From Octopus sinensis (taxonomy: Eukaryota), in contig NC_042998.1 of assembly GCF_006345805.1 (NCBI RefSeq), forward strand, positions 178,188,001-178,252,000: DNA of 64,000 nucleotides. The letters run 5' to 3'. The notes under the pieces are model-generated. The model saw nothing but the letters and a program-made list of their open reading frames with translations. It was not told where the DNA came from and did not search any database. Within the stretch, counting starts at the first letter, position 1. Each line of letters begins with the position of its first letter. Of this stretch, positions 23,976 to 36,112 are shown one piece after another. The translations under genes were made by a program, and so were the position numbers.

Positions 23976-24114
23976 TCTTTATGGGAGATAGGTCTTGTAG
24001 GAAGACAGGTTATAGGTCTTGTAGGGAGATAGGTTATAGGTCTTTAGGGAGACAGGTTATAGGTATTGTAGGGAGACAGGTTATAGGTCTTGTAGGGAGA
24101 CAGGTTATAGGTCT
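23958..24114. repeat. ~24-bp minisatellite (GGGAGACAGGTTATAGGTCTTGTA), about 7 imperfect units
   Basis: Directly visible tandem units at the 5' truncation point of copy A. The minus strand of the unit encodes RPITCLPT. Confidence 0.9.
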
Positions 24115-24136
24115 TATTATTATTATTATTATTATT

Positions 24137-25207
24137 CAGTAGTTTTATTTTTATAGCGTGCTTTCACTTCACTACCGAGCGCAGCTCTGTGTGCCTTGGG
24201 TATGTGCTGTGATTTGTTGTGATGCTCTGATGGTTATTGTATGGAAAGTGTTCTGCGTAGGATGTGTGCAGTGCCTAGTAGTGCAATTTTCTGTATGTTA
24301 TATGTGTTTGTAAGTCCTGGTGTTTTTGTTATGTATTTGTCTGAATATTTTTTTATCATGCCTAATGCACCTACTATGATAGGAATTGTTTCTGTTTTCA
24401 GGTTCCACATTCTAGTTACCTCTATTTCCAGGTCTTTGTATTTTGAGAGTTTCTCCATTTCTTTTAGAGACACGTTGTCATCTGCCGGTATTGATACATC
24501 AATTAGAAAGCATTTCTTTTCTTCATGATCTCTGACAACTATATCTGGTCTGTTGGCCTTAATTTCTCTATCTGTGTGTATCGGCATATCCCAGAGTATG
24601 GTTGCTTTCTCGTTTTCTGTGACCTTTTCTGGTGTGTGCCTATACCATCTTTTTTCTGTTGTTATTCCATAATGTTGGCATAGCTTCCAATGTATGTAGG
24701 TTCCAACTCTGTCATGTCTGTGAATATATTCCTTCTTAGCCAGGACTGGGCAGCTAGAGATAATATGATTTATTGTTTCTGGTCCATCTCCACATATTCT
24801 GCAGTTACTTGTAATATTTCTTTTCATTACATGTTTTTGGTAATTTCTGGTGGGGAGGCTTTGGTCTTGTGCTGCAATTAAAAATCCCTCTGTTTCTGCT
24901 TTGAGTCCTGAGCTTCTCAACCATTGCTGGGATTTTTCTTTGTCTATTTCTTTTGCGTTTAGTTTAGTGCAGTATTTACCATGAAGGGGCTTTTCTTGCC
25001 ATCGTTTTATCATGGCTCGTTGCTGTTCTACTTTTAGTTTGGATTTCATTTGTTTTATAGCTTTTGTTGTTTCTTCATCATCTTCTTCTTCTTCTTTGTG
25101 TTTATTAGGTGGTATGATTTCTTGTTTGTATTTGTCAGCTTCCTTAAATACTGAGAACAGTTTTTTGTTTTGCTCGTGTTTTGCTGCTATCTGGATCAGT
25201 TTTCCTT
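24137..25207 (-). mobile_element. R4/Dong-type LINE copy B with an open 271-aa C-terminal frame
   Basis: ORF 24234-25049 contains CRICG..ETINHIISSC, RHD, NRPDIVV, LIDVSIPAD, EKLSKYKDL and ALLGT. The 3' end abuts (TAA)n. Confidence 0.92.
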
Positions 25208-25217
25208 CCTTCCTTCC

Positions 25218-25257
<40 letters not shown>

Positions 25258-25285
25258 CATTAATATTTTTATTACTATTATTATT

Positions 25286-25824
25286 GAGTGAGAGAGCAGT
25301 GCATGTCATCAAAATGAAACTGGGCCCATTATACCCATTATACCCATAATGACTACCTGTCTGATAAGGGTATACCAGGCACATGCATCACAACCATATA
25401 TGCGCGACATAGTGATCTCATATCAAGATAAACAGCGCATAAATTTGCAGGTGGAGCCCAGTTAGAATTTTCTTCTAGTCGAGTAACCCATCCCGCTCAA
25501 AAGGTCCCTGAATAAGGATGGTTTAAGGATGTTGAACGAACCACCTATGTTTCCAGAGGTGAATTATCCAAACCTCTAAGAATTCCTTTCAACACAGGCT
25601 ATGATGCTCCCCCACTAATTCTTCTTGTGATCAGAGATGCACATATCGTCAGCCACTAAGGGACATGGTCAACTGGTTAAGGTCAAACAACTGACAAGCA
25701 AATCTGTGGTATTGAGCAGAATATTTGCTGTAGCCCATCTTTTATACCAAGACAAAACAATGTACATGATAACACTTCCAATCACTTAAGATCAGAAGCC
25801 ATGAGAGCCACTGCCTGGTACTGC
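25286..25824 (-). mobile_element. Second (TAA)n-anchored interspersed repeat family
   Basis: Begins GAGTGAGAGAGCAGTGCATG directly after (ATT)n and is flanked by (ATT)n on both sides. A sister copy at 44039-44500 has the same flanks; an inverted partial copy lies at 45002-45145. Confidence 0.75.
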
Positions 25825-25871
25825 TTATTATTACTATTATTATTATAATTATAATAATAATAATAATAATA

Positions 25872-25961
<90 letters not shown>

Positions 25962-25964
<3 letters not shown>

Positions 25965-26261
25965 TAGTTTTATTTTTATAGCGTGCTTTCACTTCACTAC
26001 CGAGCGCAGCTCTGTGTGCCTTGGGTATGTGCTGTGATTTGTTGTGATGCTCTGATGTATGGAAAGTGTTCTGCGTAGGATGTATTTGTCTGAATATTTT
26101 TTTATCATGCCTAATGCACCTACTATGATAGGAATTGTTTCTGTTTTCAGATTCCACATTCTACTTACCTCTATTTCCAGGTCTTTGTATTTTGAGAGTT
26201 TCTCCATTTCTTTTAGAGACACGTTGTCATCTGCCGGTATTGATACATCAATTAGAAAGCA

Positions 26262-26264
<3 letters not shown>
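25962..26264 (-). mobile_element. Short R4/Dong-type copy C with a 69-bp internal deletion
   Basis: Nearly identical to the 3' end of copy B, but lacks the segment equivalent to 24262-24330 (ATGT microhomology). (ATT)n on both sides. Confidence 0.88.
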
Positions 26265-26319
<55 letters not shown>

Positions 26320-26357
26320 TATTATCATTATTATTATCATCATCAACATCGTCGTCG

Positions 26358-26388
<31 letters not shown>

Positions 26389-26398
26389 TATTCTTCTT

Positions 26399-26429
<31 letters not shown>

Positions 26430-26438
26430 TTATTATTA

Positions 26439-26475
<37 letters not shown>

Positions 26476-26478
<3 letters not shown>

Positions 26479-27073
26479 TAGTCTTATTTTTTATAACGTG
26501 CTTTAACTGTACTACCGAGCGCAGCTCTGTATGCCTTGAGTATGTGCTGTGGTTTGCCGTGATGCTCTGATGGTTTCTATATTGAAAGTGTTTTACGTAG
26601 GATGTGTGCAGTGCCTAGTAGTGCTATTTTCTGTATGTTATATATATTTGTTAGTCCTGGTGTTTTGTTATGTATTTGTCTGAATATTTTTATAGCATAC
26701 CTAATGCACCGACTATGATAGGAATTGTTTCTGTTTTTAGATTCCACATTCTAGTTACCTCTATTTCCAGGTCTTTATATTTTGAAAGTTTCTCCATTTC
26801 TTTAAAAGAAACGTTGTCATCTGCTGGTATTGATACATCAATTAGGAAACATTTTTTCTTCGTGATCTCTGACAACTATATCTGGCCTATTGGCCTTAAT
26901 TTCTCTGTATGTGTTGCATATCCCATAATATGGTTACTTTCTCATTTTATATGACCTTTTCTGGTGTGTTCTTATGCCATCTTTTATTTTTTGTTATTCC
27001 ACAGTGTTGGCATAGCTTCCAGTGTATGTAGATCCCAACTCTGTCGTGTCAGTAAATATATTCCTTCTAAGCC
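26476..27073 (-). mobile_element. R4/Dong-type copy D
   Basis: ORF 26690-26875 contains LIDVSIPADDNVSFKEMEKLSKYKDL. 3' end at (TAA)n. Confidence 0.85.
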
Positions 27074-27089
27074 AAACATCTGAAAAGCA

Positions 27090-28929
27090 AATCTGTAGTT
27101 ATTTTTATTTTATGTTTGACTTTTGCTTTACATTTGTACAAGTTGGCTCCAAGTCTTACCCAGAGACCTCAAGAGACAACAAGTTGGAACTTCATGTTGG
27201 TGTTATGCCTAGGGTGCCATATATTTGGTTTTGTACTTAGTGTTGTACTAGTGAATGTCTAAAAAACCATACAAAAATTAAGTTTGTTTTAAAACTTGAA
27301 ATTACATAGAAAGTATTTTGCGTAGAATATGAGCAGTTTTGAATTTCTGACATTTTGGGGTTTCCTGGTATCAGAGCTAGGTAGCAATCAGCCCCTTTTG
27401 CTATCATTCCCATGGCACCTATGACAACAGGTATTGCTTTAATATTCAGGTTCAACATTTTGCTAATTTCTATTTCAAAATCTTTATATTTGCTCAACTT
27501 CTGGTAGGTCTTGACAGATACGTTTATATCGATTGGGACAGTCATATCAATGAGGAGGCATGATTTTTATCTGGAGTCTTTCAATATGATGTCTGGCTTA
27601 TTCGTATCTATCTTTCTGTCAGTTTGAATGGGGAAGTTCCAGAGGAGTGAGATGTGATCATTTTCAAGCACTGGAGGTGGTTTATGTTCCGACCAGTTTT
27701 TATCATGGGGCAAGTCCAGGTTTTTGCAGATTACACAGTGAATATATTGTGCAGCTCTGTCATGCCTGTTGAGATACTCTGCAGGCGCAAGAAGACTGCA
27801 CTTGGAGACAACATGATAAATGGTTTCATTTTGTTGTTGATATACACATGTTGCGCTACTGCCGTTCTTTAATATGTTGGCCTGGTAGTTTCTTGTTGGT
27901 AGGCATTTATTTTGAGCTGCTATGATAAACCCTTCTGTTTCAGATTTTAAGCCAGAGGCCATTAACCATTGATGGGTCAGGGCTTTGTCAACATCGGCAT
28001 TATTCGCTCTCTTTGGGTATTTGTCATTGAGAGGTTTTTCTTGCCATTTATCAGTCAGAATATCTGAGGCAGCAGTTTTTGCACGGGTTTTCATGCGCTT
28101 AGCTTTTTCTTCGCTTGTTTCTCATATGTCTAATTCCGAAATTTGTTGTATTTGGAATTCACTTAGATATTCTTTTGCCTGTTTTGTTACTGAGTATGAT
28201 GCTTTCTTGTTTTCATGTTTTGAGACAAGTTTTAACATCCATTCCTCAGAGTTTTTCATGTAGGTGTCTAGGCCAATTGTAGCAATCTTCATTGTTATTG
28301 CCAGTTGTAAAAGTCCACGGCCTCTCTCTTTTCTTGGCAGATAAAGTCGTTCTATATCTGCCTTAGGGTGGTGCATTCTATGCATTGTCAACAGGTTTCG
28401 TATTTTTCTGTCAAGATTACATATTTCAGTAATTGACCAGTTAACGATAAGTCACGACTGTAAGTTAACTGTAAGTCACGACTGGTATGGCTAAAGCATT
28501 GATCGCTTCGATCCTGTTTCTCGCATTCAGCTCTGTCTTGAGTATTGCTCTTACTCTGCGATAACATTCTCTCCTGATCCTTTCCTTCATCACTGATTGC
28601 CTTATTCCGCCCCCTTCAATTACCCCTAGGTATTTGTAGCTCTCTTCTGGGTCTAACTCTTTTATGACATTCTGCTGGTCAAAGTTAACGTTAGATGTTT
28701 CTGTCCTTTTTCCCTTGATAAAGGTAGCTTTTGCACATTTATCGAGGCCAAATTACATTCTGGTGTCATCACTAAATTGTTTAACAATCGCTAGTAAGCC
28801 CTTGAGTTGTTGGTCATTTTTTGCAAAGATCTTTAAATCATCCATGTAAATGAGATGAATTATATTTTTATCAAACGTTTTATAACCGTACTGTGCATCA
28901 TTGAGCAATTTTGAGAGCGGTATTAAGGC

Positions 28930-28932
<3 letters not shown>
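27090..28932 (-). mobile_element. R4/Dong-type copy E, a distinct subfamily
   Basis: ORFs 28122-28391, 27567-28094 and 27237-27545 (MHHPKADIERLYLPRKERGRGL, GLKSETEGFIIAAQ, NKPDII). Different 3' UTR; the 5' truncation meets (TAA)n. Confidence 0.85.
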
Positions 28933-29006
<74 letters not shown>

Positions 29007-29132
29007 GGTTTGACTCAGATTCTGTCTTATTCCAGGTAGGAATTATGTGGGTAGCTGGTTATTACCCGTAACTTTAGGTGTCCACAAGTTTTCATTATTA
29101 CTAGTATTATTATCATTATCACCATCATAATT

Positions 29133-30151
29133 CAGTAGTATTATTTTTATCATGTTTTTTCACTGCACAACCGAGCGCAGCTCTGTGTGCCTTCGGTGTG
29201 TGCTGTGATTTGTTATGATGCTGTTATTTTTACTGTATTGAAAGTGTTTTACGTAGGATGTGTGCAGTGCCGAAGAAGTGTTATTTTCTGTATGTTATAT
29301 ATATATTTGTTAGTCCTGGCGTTTTGGTTATGTATTTGCCTGGATATTTTTTATCATACCTAATACACCTACTATGATAGGAATTGGTTGTGCTTTTAGA
29401 CTCCACATTCGAATTACCTCTATTTCCAGCTCTTTGTATTTTAAAAGTTTCTTCGTTTCTGTTGGTATTGATACATCAATTAGAAAGTATTTTTTAAATC
29501 TCTGACAACTATATCCGGCTTTTTAGCCTTAATTTCTCTATCTGTGTGTATTGGCATATACCAGAGTATCGTTACATTCTCATTTTCTGCGACCATTTCT
29601 GGTGTGTGCTTATACCATCTTTTTCTCTGTTGTTATTCCATAGTGTCGGCATAGCTTCCGGTATATATAGGTCCCAACTCTGTCGTATCTGTGAATACAT
29701 TCCTTCTTAGCCAGGACTGGGCAGCCAGAGACTATATTATTTATTGCTTCTTGTCCATCTCCACGTATTCTGCGGTTACATGTTGTTACATGTTATGTTT
29801 CTTTTCATTATCAGAGACAATACGATTCATTACTTTTTCTCCATCACCACATGTTCTGCAGTTACTTGTATTTCTCTTCATTACGTGTTTTGGGAGATTT
29901 CTGATAGAAAGCCTTTGATCTTGTGCTGCAATTAAAAATCCTTCAGTTTCTGCTTTGAGTCCTGAGTTTCTCGGCCATTATTGGGACTTTGCTTTTGTCT
30001 ATTTCTTTTCTGTTTAGTTTAGCCCAGTATTTGCTGTGAAGGTTCTTTTTATCATCGTTTTATCGTGATACGTTGCTGTTCCACTTTTAGTTTGGATTTC
30101 AGTTGTTTTATAGCTTTCGTTATTTCTTCTTTTTCTTCATAGTTGTTAGGT
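29133..30151 (-). mobile_element. Degraded R4/Dong-type copy F
   Basis: Colinear with copies A and B from CAGTAG onward, with many indels. Confidence 0.8.
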
Positions 30152-31249
30152 ACTACGATAGTGGATCACATTCTGTCAACGATGCACTGTAATTACTACA
30201 GCCTACTATATTTAATGGTGTAACAGCATTGTAAAATAGGCATGTGCTTCGTTGGCTTACAAATATCATTTGAGGTCGACGAAGTAGGTTAATAATATAT
30301 TAAAACTTGATCGAACTGGCTACAACCTTTCTTTATAAAATCTATGGCCTTACCATGATGTAAGAAACGATCACATTGCAAGTGAATATTTTTCCAACCC
30401 CGGAGAGACAAAGACAAACGTTAACAATGGCAGGAATCGATCTCAGAACCCGGTGAGATGAAATTGCTTTTCTTTTGACCCTCCTAAGTTGTTATATCTG
30501 GCCCATTATGGAATTTAAATATTTTGAATGAAAACTGTGTTGCAATCATAGCTTTGAAAACTTCGCCTCTTACTCTCTGGTGCCTCTCACTCTCTTTGCT
30601 CCATTTCAAATAATACTACTTCGAAGTGGCGCTTTACTTACTAATTTAAAATGTATGTCTGCTTAAAATACTAATTTTAGTATAAAATATTTTCAGTTTA
30701 AATACAGAATTTTTTGAAAAGTTATTAACTTTAACTCTGTTTTCATTTTCAGAAAAATATGTTATAGTTAAGCGCTTATTAAGATTATTAAAATTGAGAG
30801 CAACTTTCTCAGCGAAAGTTTATAAATATTTTTTTAATATTGTTTATCGAAAAAAGTTTATTTAAAAACAATATTCTATTTCATTTGCTTTTACTTAAAT
30901 GACTTCTCTACAAACAACGTCCTAGTCAAGATTCTGTTTTCATTTTTATAACGTGTAATCTTGGTTGATTTGAAAGAGACTTGGCTGCTGTATCATGCAA
31001 TCGACTAACTATATAAAAACCCTCATATTAACGTAACATTCCACTAAAATATCTTAACGCGATGGATCATAAGTTTCAGTGAATTATTTTTATTCATGAT
31101 TAGGAATAATGTCGCAATTATTGGAATGGAGCAAAACAAAAGACCAAGAAATTTAACTTCACTTGTAGGGAAAATGTAATAAATTCATTGAGTTATTCTA
31201 TAATATACTTATTAGAGCCCTCGAAATATAGTTGCTTCATACATAGGCA

Positions 31250-33000
31250 AAATGTCTCACATTTAACGAAGAACGTTTAATGGTTATGCATTTTCCCTTA
31301 TTTAGCTCCATGTGGAAAGGTTGCATATGTGATTTTGGCAGAACTCACAAATTCAAAGGATGGTTCGGTCATGTTCAGTTTTCATTTCGAGGATAAAGTG
31401 AGGAAATTCTGGGACTGCAACTCTGGGTAAAAAACTGAGCAAAAACTTTAAAGACGAAGTGATGATGAGAGACGGTTGCACCGAGTAGCCTTTGACATAA
31501 ATAGTACACAGCTTCCAGAAGCAAAAATGTGACAGTGACAGTAGGAGAGGTGATAGGAAACAATGTGCCAATGATTGTAATTGATCTTTACCGGTTAGAC
31601 CGATTGCTTTTATGATTGCATATTAGAATTTTTTTATGTGTAGTTGTTGCACACATCATCCAAGAAAACTGAGTGCTCTGGGTTTTGTATAATCAACAAT
31701 TAGTCAGGAATGAAAGGGTTTTTGGACCTAAAGAGGAAGTATAGCATTTAAATAAGAGTTTTAGTAGATTATAAAGACATAGTTACCGTTAAATAACATC
31801 GGATTATAAGACGTAATATTTCTAATGAATTTGAAGGTGTTGTAGTTTTGTGATTATTTCCTTTATATGAGAAGTAATGATATTTTGGAGCCGTTGAATA
31901 AGGCTAAATAATTTCATTGGGGATCATTTCAAAGTCACTACTCATGGAAGCGATGTCAGTCAGGCACAAGATTCAGAGTAGATGACACCTATGTGTGGAT
32001 AGTCAAAGATGATTGATTTGCGGAACATCTGGACAGGAGGATGTGTTATTAGAAATAGCATCAAGTAATGTAGAGAAAGAAGGCCATTAAAGATGTAATT
32101 TAATCCCGAAGTATACCTATAAAACGTGATACAGAGTGATCTCCGTGTATTCAAAATGCCACGGAACGTTCTGACGGAAAACGTCTGATCCAAAAGCGAG
32201 AGACATGGAAGCTGTCGGTGCGCATCTTAGCTAGGAGATTCTTGAGCCGAGAACAATTACGTTAATTTCGCTGAAATCCTTAATGGAGGGAGTTGAAAGC
32301 ATACCTTCTGCACAACTGTGTCTGTAGGAATCACGCTGACAAATGCTAATGAAGGAAGAATATAATAAAAGAGGCAATTATTTATAATTGTTTCCTTTAG
32401 TTGAAATCTATGACAGTCTGTACTTTACAGAATTAAAATGGGTGATTTTTTTTAGGAATGTATTGCGCTATTGTATGTATCCATTGATTTAAATAAATTT
32501 CGCAGGAATGGAAGCTGTCTCATGTGAGCACTTGTTGGAAATTATGAGAGAAACACCTGGACTAGAGTAACTGGAATAGTTTTAGAGTTTGATGACTGAG
32601 TGCATGTAGTTGTAAGATTACTGAGGAAGAAATGGGGAATTTGAGAGGGGTTTGGCTACATAACATTTACTTCGTTAATAAGCGTAAATACAATTAACCT
32701 CACTTGAAAACAAAACCACGTCTCGGGTTCGGCTTGTCGGAAGATTACTTGTACTGCGTTGGCTAATGTATACTCATGACGTGCGAAGTTTTAACTAAAT
32801 ATATCAAGTTTGTATTTATATTGTTTTAGTTCAATTGTTAGTGGAATAGAAAAAGAAATACTCAGAGAATTCCTCTAATTAGTTTAAGTCTCCTGTCTTG
32901 TGTAATTTTGTAACGTCGTTCAACTAGAGTTAAAACAGACTTTAGAAATCAAATCAATTTCATCACAAGACAGACTTTCAAAACTTTCAGCTTGTACTGT
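31250..33000 (-). mobile_element. Old, heavily decayed CR1-like LINE
   Basis: Scattered minus-strand remnants resembling RT and endonuclease segments (GVPQ-like at about 31410, GPD.IP-like at about 31920). No intact ORF. Confidence 0.4.
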
Positions 33001-34460
33001 GAATAGTAATGTTCTTATTATTGGCAGAGCTATGCAAATGTTATGTCAATATAAATATTAACATAACTTTCATTTTAGTAAGTAGACAACTTTCTTCTAA
33101 AAACTATTCAAAGTAAAATAGCATGATCTTTTAAAGAGTCAAAACTGTGTAACTTCAAATATGTGTGTGTGCGTGTGTATGCGTGTTTGAGTAAGTTTGT
33201 GTCTGTGGGTATGTATGTAAATATGTATATGTTTGTATGAGTATATGTATGAATGTGTTGTGTGTACGAAGTACGTTTGGATTTACACACGGAAGAAAAC
33301 AATATTCAAGAAATTCGAATGCCAGTGTAACTACTGAAGTGTTTTCAGTTTCAGAAGAATGTGTAACCATTGAATAGCGTCAAAGACCATGAAAATCCTT
33401 CGGGGTACCATTATCGTTGTGGTTACTGGTGGTATTCAAAAGCTTTCCATGAAATAAGTTAATCCTAGTTGTGCAAGTTAATACGATAGTCGTTGTTATG
33501 CAGAGCAGCAGTAGTTTACATTGATATACTGGGTTTGTCCATGTGAATTATCTACCGATATGTGCAATGAAGAGGCGACAAGTAACTGCCTTTACAGCGA
33601 TGAAGAAGTAAAATAGTACCTCTCTGACCAGATTCGAATATATGCGGTTAATTCCCTCTATATATTGGTCTCAAATAACGACACAAGGCCAGCAATTTTG
33701 TTGGAAGTGGGTAAGTCGATTATCAGTGTTCAACTGGTACTTATTTTATTGACCCCGAAAGGATGAAAGGCGAAGTTAACCTCGGCAGAAGTGTTTCTTC
33801 TATATATTGAAGCAAAATTTTGAAGGGAAGTTTGCTTATCACATTCATCAAAGGATATATTAATATCAATGAAATGCTGTGAGAATTAAATTGGATATCT
33901 AAATATAGACTCAATATTTGAATTTCCTACAAGGAGATAGCTAGAGTGAATGTCGTTTTACATTTCCTACTGATAGCTCTGAGCAAATCAAATCCATTGT
34001 TCTGAAGGATGCTCCTGTGATTTCAAATAATATATTTTATTTGAAATAAAATATTTTTAAATAAACTAATTAACTAAAATATAATTTCGCTTCAAATAAA
34101 ATATTTCTTTTGAAATATTTGAAAACTTTATGTGAAAGCCTTCGTAATTATTTGCATATCAAAACCTTTGTGTTTAATTGAATAAATCCAGTTACAAATA
34201 TAAACTTGTTTGGAAGGATGGATGGATGGATGGATGGATGGATGAACGGACGGACAGACAGACTGACAGATAATGCTGTTCTTGTTCTTGTCATTATTTG
34301 ATATTTCGTTTGTTCTCTACTTTGTCGTTGTTTATATGGGAGTCCAGATGAAAGGAGAACTACTACACAAACAGAGTTTGTGGACAAGTGATAGCAATTA
34401 TATTGAATTCTAATGAATGGTTATTTGTCCTATTATAGCAAAACTGAATTATAAAGTGTA

Positions 34461-34534
<74 letters not shown>

Positions 34535-34977
34535 TCTTTTAAAACCAATATCCTCCTATTCGTTATATTAAGCAATTAATGTATTGTGTTATTTCAGTGA
34601 ATAATAAGCTCAAATCATAATTTATTATCAACTTAACTCACTTCATTCTACTTATTTTATTTAAAACGTTACTAAGAGGTCACCAATTGTATGTAATCTT
34701 GTGAAACTGCCATTAATATTCTTTTCGTGCAATAATGTTAGTATATCTGCTCCTTCTTGTTTGATAGTTTAATGTTTGATTCTGACTGGCCACTTCCCTA
34801 CTGTGAAAGTTGTACAAGTAAAAAAAAATATTATAACATAGCATATTGTGCTTTCCAACATCCTTTCCAAAATCTTTACCTGCTAAACTTCTATGTTCTT
34901 TCAGATTTTTATAATCCTAGATGGGAGAATCATGTGTAAGGTACGGAAGCTGTGGATCTGCGCGCTTTCTCCGCGCT

Positions 34978-35155
34978 CAGGTGCAGGCGTGGTTGTGTGG
35001 GAAGAAGCTTGCTTCCCAACCACATTGGGAAAGTGGCACATTGGGAAAGTGTCTTCTACTAAAGCCTCAGGCCGACCAAAGTCTTTTGAGTAAATTTGGT
35101 AGGCGGAAACTGAAAGAAGCCCGTCGTAAATGTGTGTGTGTGTGTGTGTGCGTGT

Positions 35156-35200
<45 letters not shown>

Positions 35201-35345
35201 TCTCCCACCACCACTTGACAACTTAGTGCTGGTGTGTTTACATCTCCGCAACATAGTGGTTCAGCAATAAAGAGACCGATAGAATAAGTACCAAGCTTAA
35301 CAAAATATAAATACTAGAGCCGATTCATTGGACTAAAAATCCTTC
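34978..35345 (+). mobile_element. tRNA-derived SINE (family of 1820-2302)
   Basis: GGTGCAGGCGTGGTTGTGTGG head, conserved GTGTCTTCTACT...GGAAACTGAAAGAAGCCCGTCG body and (TG)n. A 15-bp tandem duplication CACATTGGGAAAGTG sits where the B box should be. Confidence 0.8.
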
Positions 35346-35929
35346 AAGACGGTTCCCCAGGATGGATGCAGTCTAATAACCGAAACAAGTAAATAAAAAA
35401 AACATGTTTGTAAATATCTTGTATTAATAATAATGGCAGAGAGGCAAAAGTATGTTTTGGGGAATGCAGTTGTAAACGAAAAGAAGTGGGGGGAAGGCAT
35501 CGGAGGAGCGATGCATACCCTACACGCACACAAGGTTAAGATAAAATTTAATTTAATTATCTCAGACAAATTCATATTTCAACAAAATGACATCAATAGT
35601 TATTTCCCCTGTTTATCGTTTATGCATATGTAACAACAAAAAAAATCATTTTGATTCACCAAACCAAAATTTAATGCTCTCGAGTCACTCACCCAAATGA
35701 GTATTTCTGACAGATTTGGTGAAAATCCATTCAGCCGTTCTCCAGTAATTTTGCAAGCACACAAAGACGATCGACTACAATATCCTGCTTTCGCTTACAT
35801 GCGCAGGGTAATTATTTGCCAGGTTTTTTTCTTGGTTTTTTTTTTTTTGTTTTTTATGTTGCACCACATTGATCAACTAGGCAGTAATTTATTTTATGAT
35901 TTTTCGATAACAATACGAAACCTGTGAAG

Positions 35930-36112
35930 TATACTTGCCATCTCAATATGGCTAAACAACTAAGGGTGGGTATTACTGTAGCTGGTAGCCCCAGGAGAAC
36001 ATCGTCTCCAGCTGGCTTTAGGCACACTTTCTGGAGACGATGTTCTCCTGGGGCTACCAGCTACAGTAATACCCACCCTTAGTTGTTTAGCCATATTGAG
36101 ATGGCAAGTATA
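35930..36112. repeat. Perfect hairpin, 82-bp arms, 19-nt loop
   Basis: 35930-36011 is the exact reverse complement of 36031-36112. A 14-bp direct repeat AATACGAAACCTGT lies at 35912-35925 and 36166-36179. Confidence 0.93.

Noticed and set aside
23958-24114. CRISPR-like appearance of short regular repeats (also 37235-37365)
   Set aside because: No unique spacers, no cas genes and a eukaryotic context; these are plain tandem repeats.
24234-25049. 271-aa ORF as a host or domesticated gene
   Set aside because: It is the 3' end of a 5'-truncated LINE, nearly identical to neighbouring broken copies, with no promoter or splice evidence.
34270-34415. Short hydrophobic ORF and a CSLLCRCLYG tail-like peptide
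   Set aside because: Under 50 codons, no splice acceptor in frame and no recognisable family.
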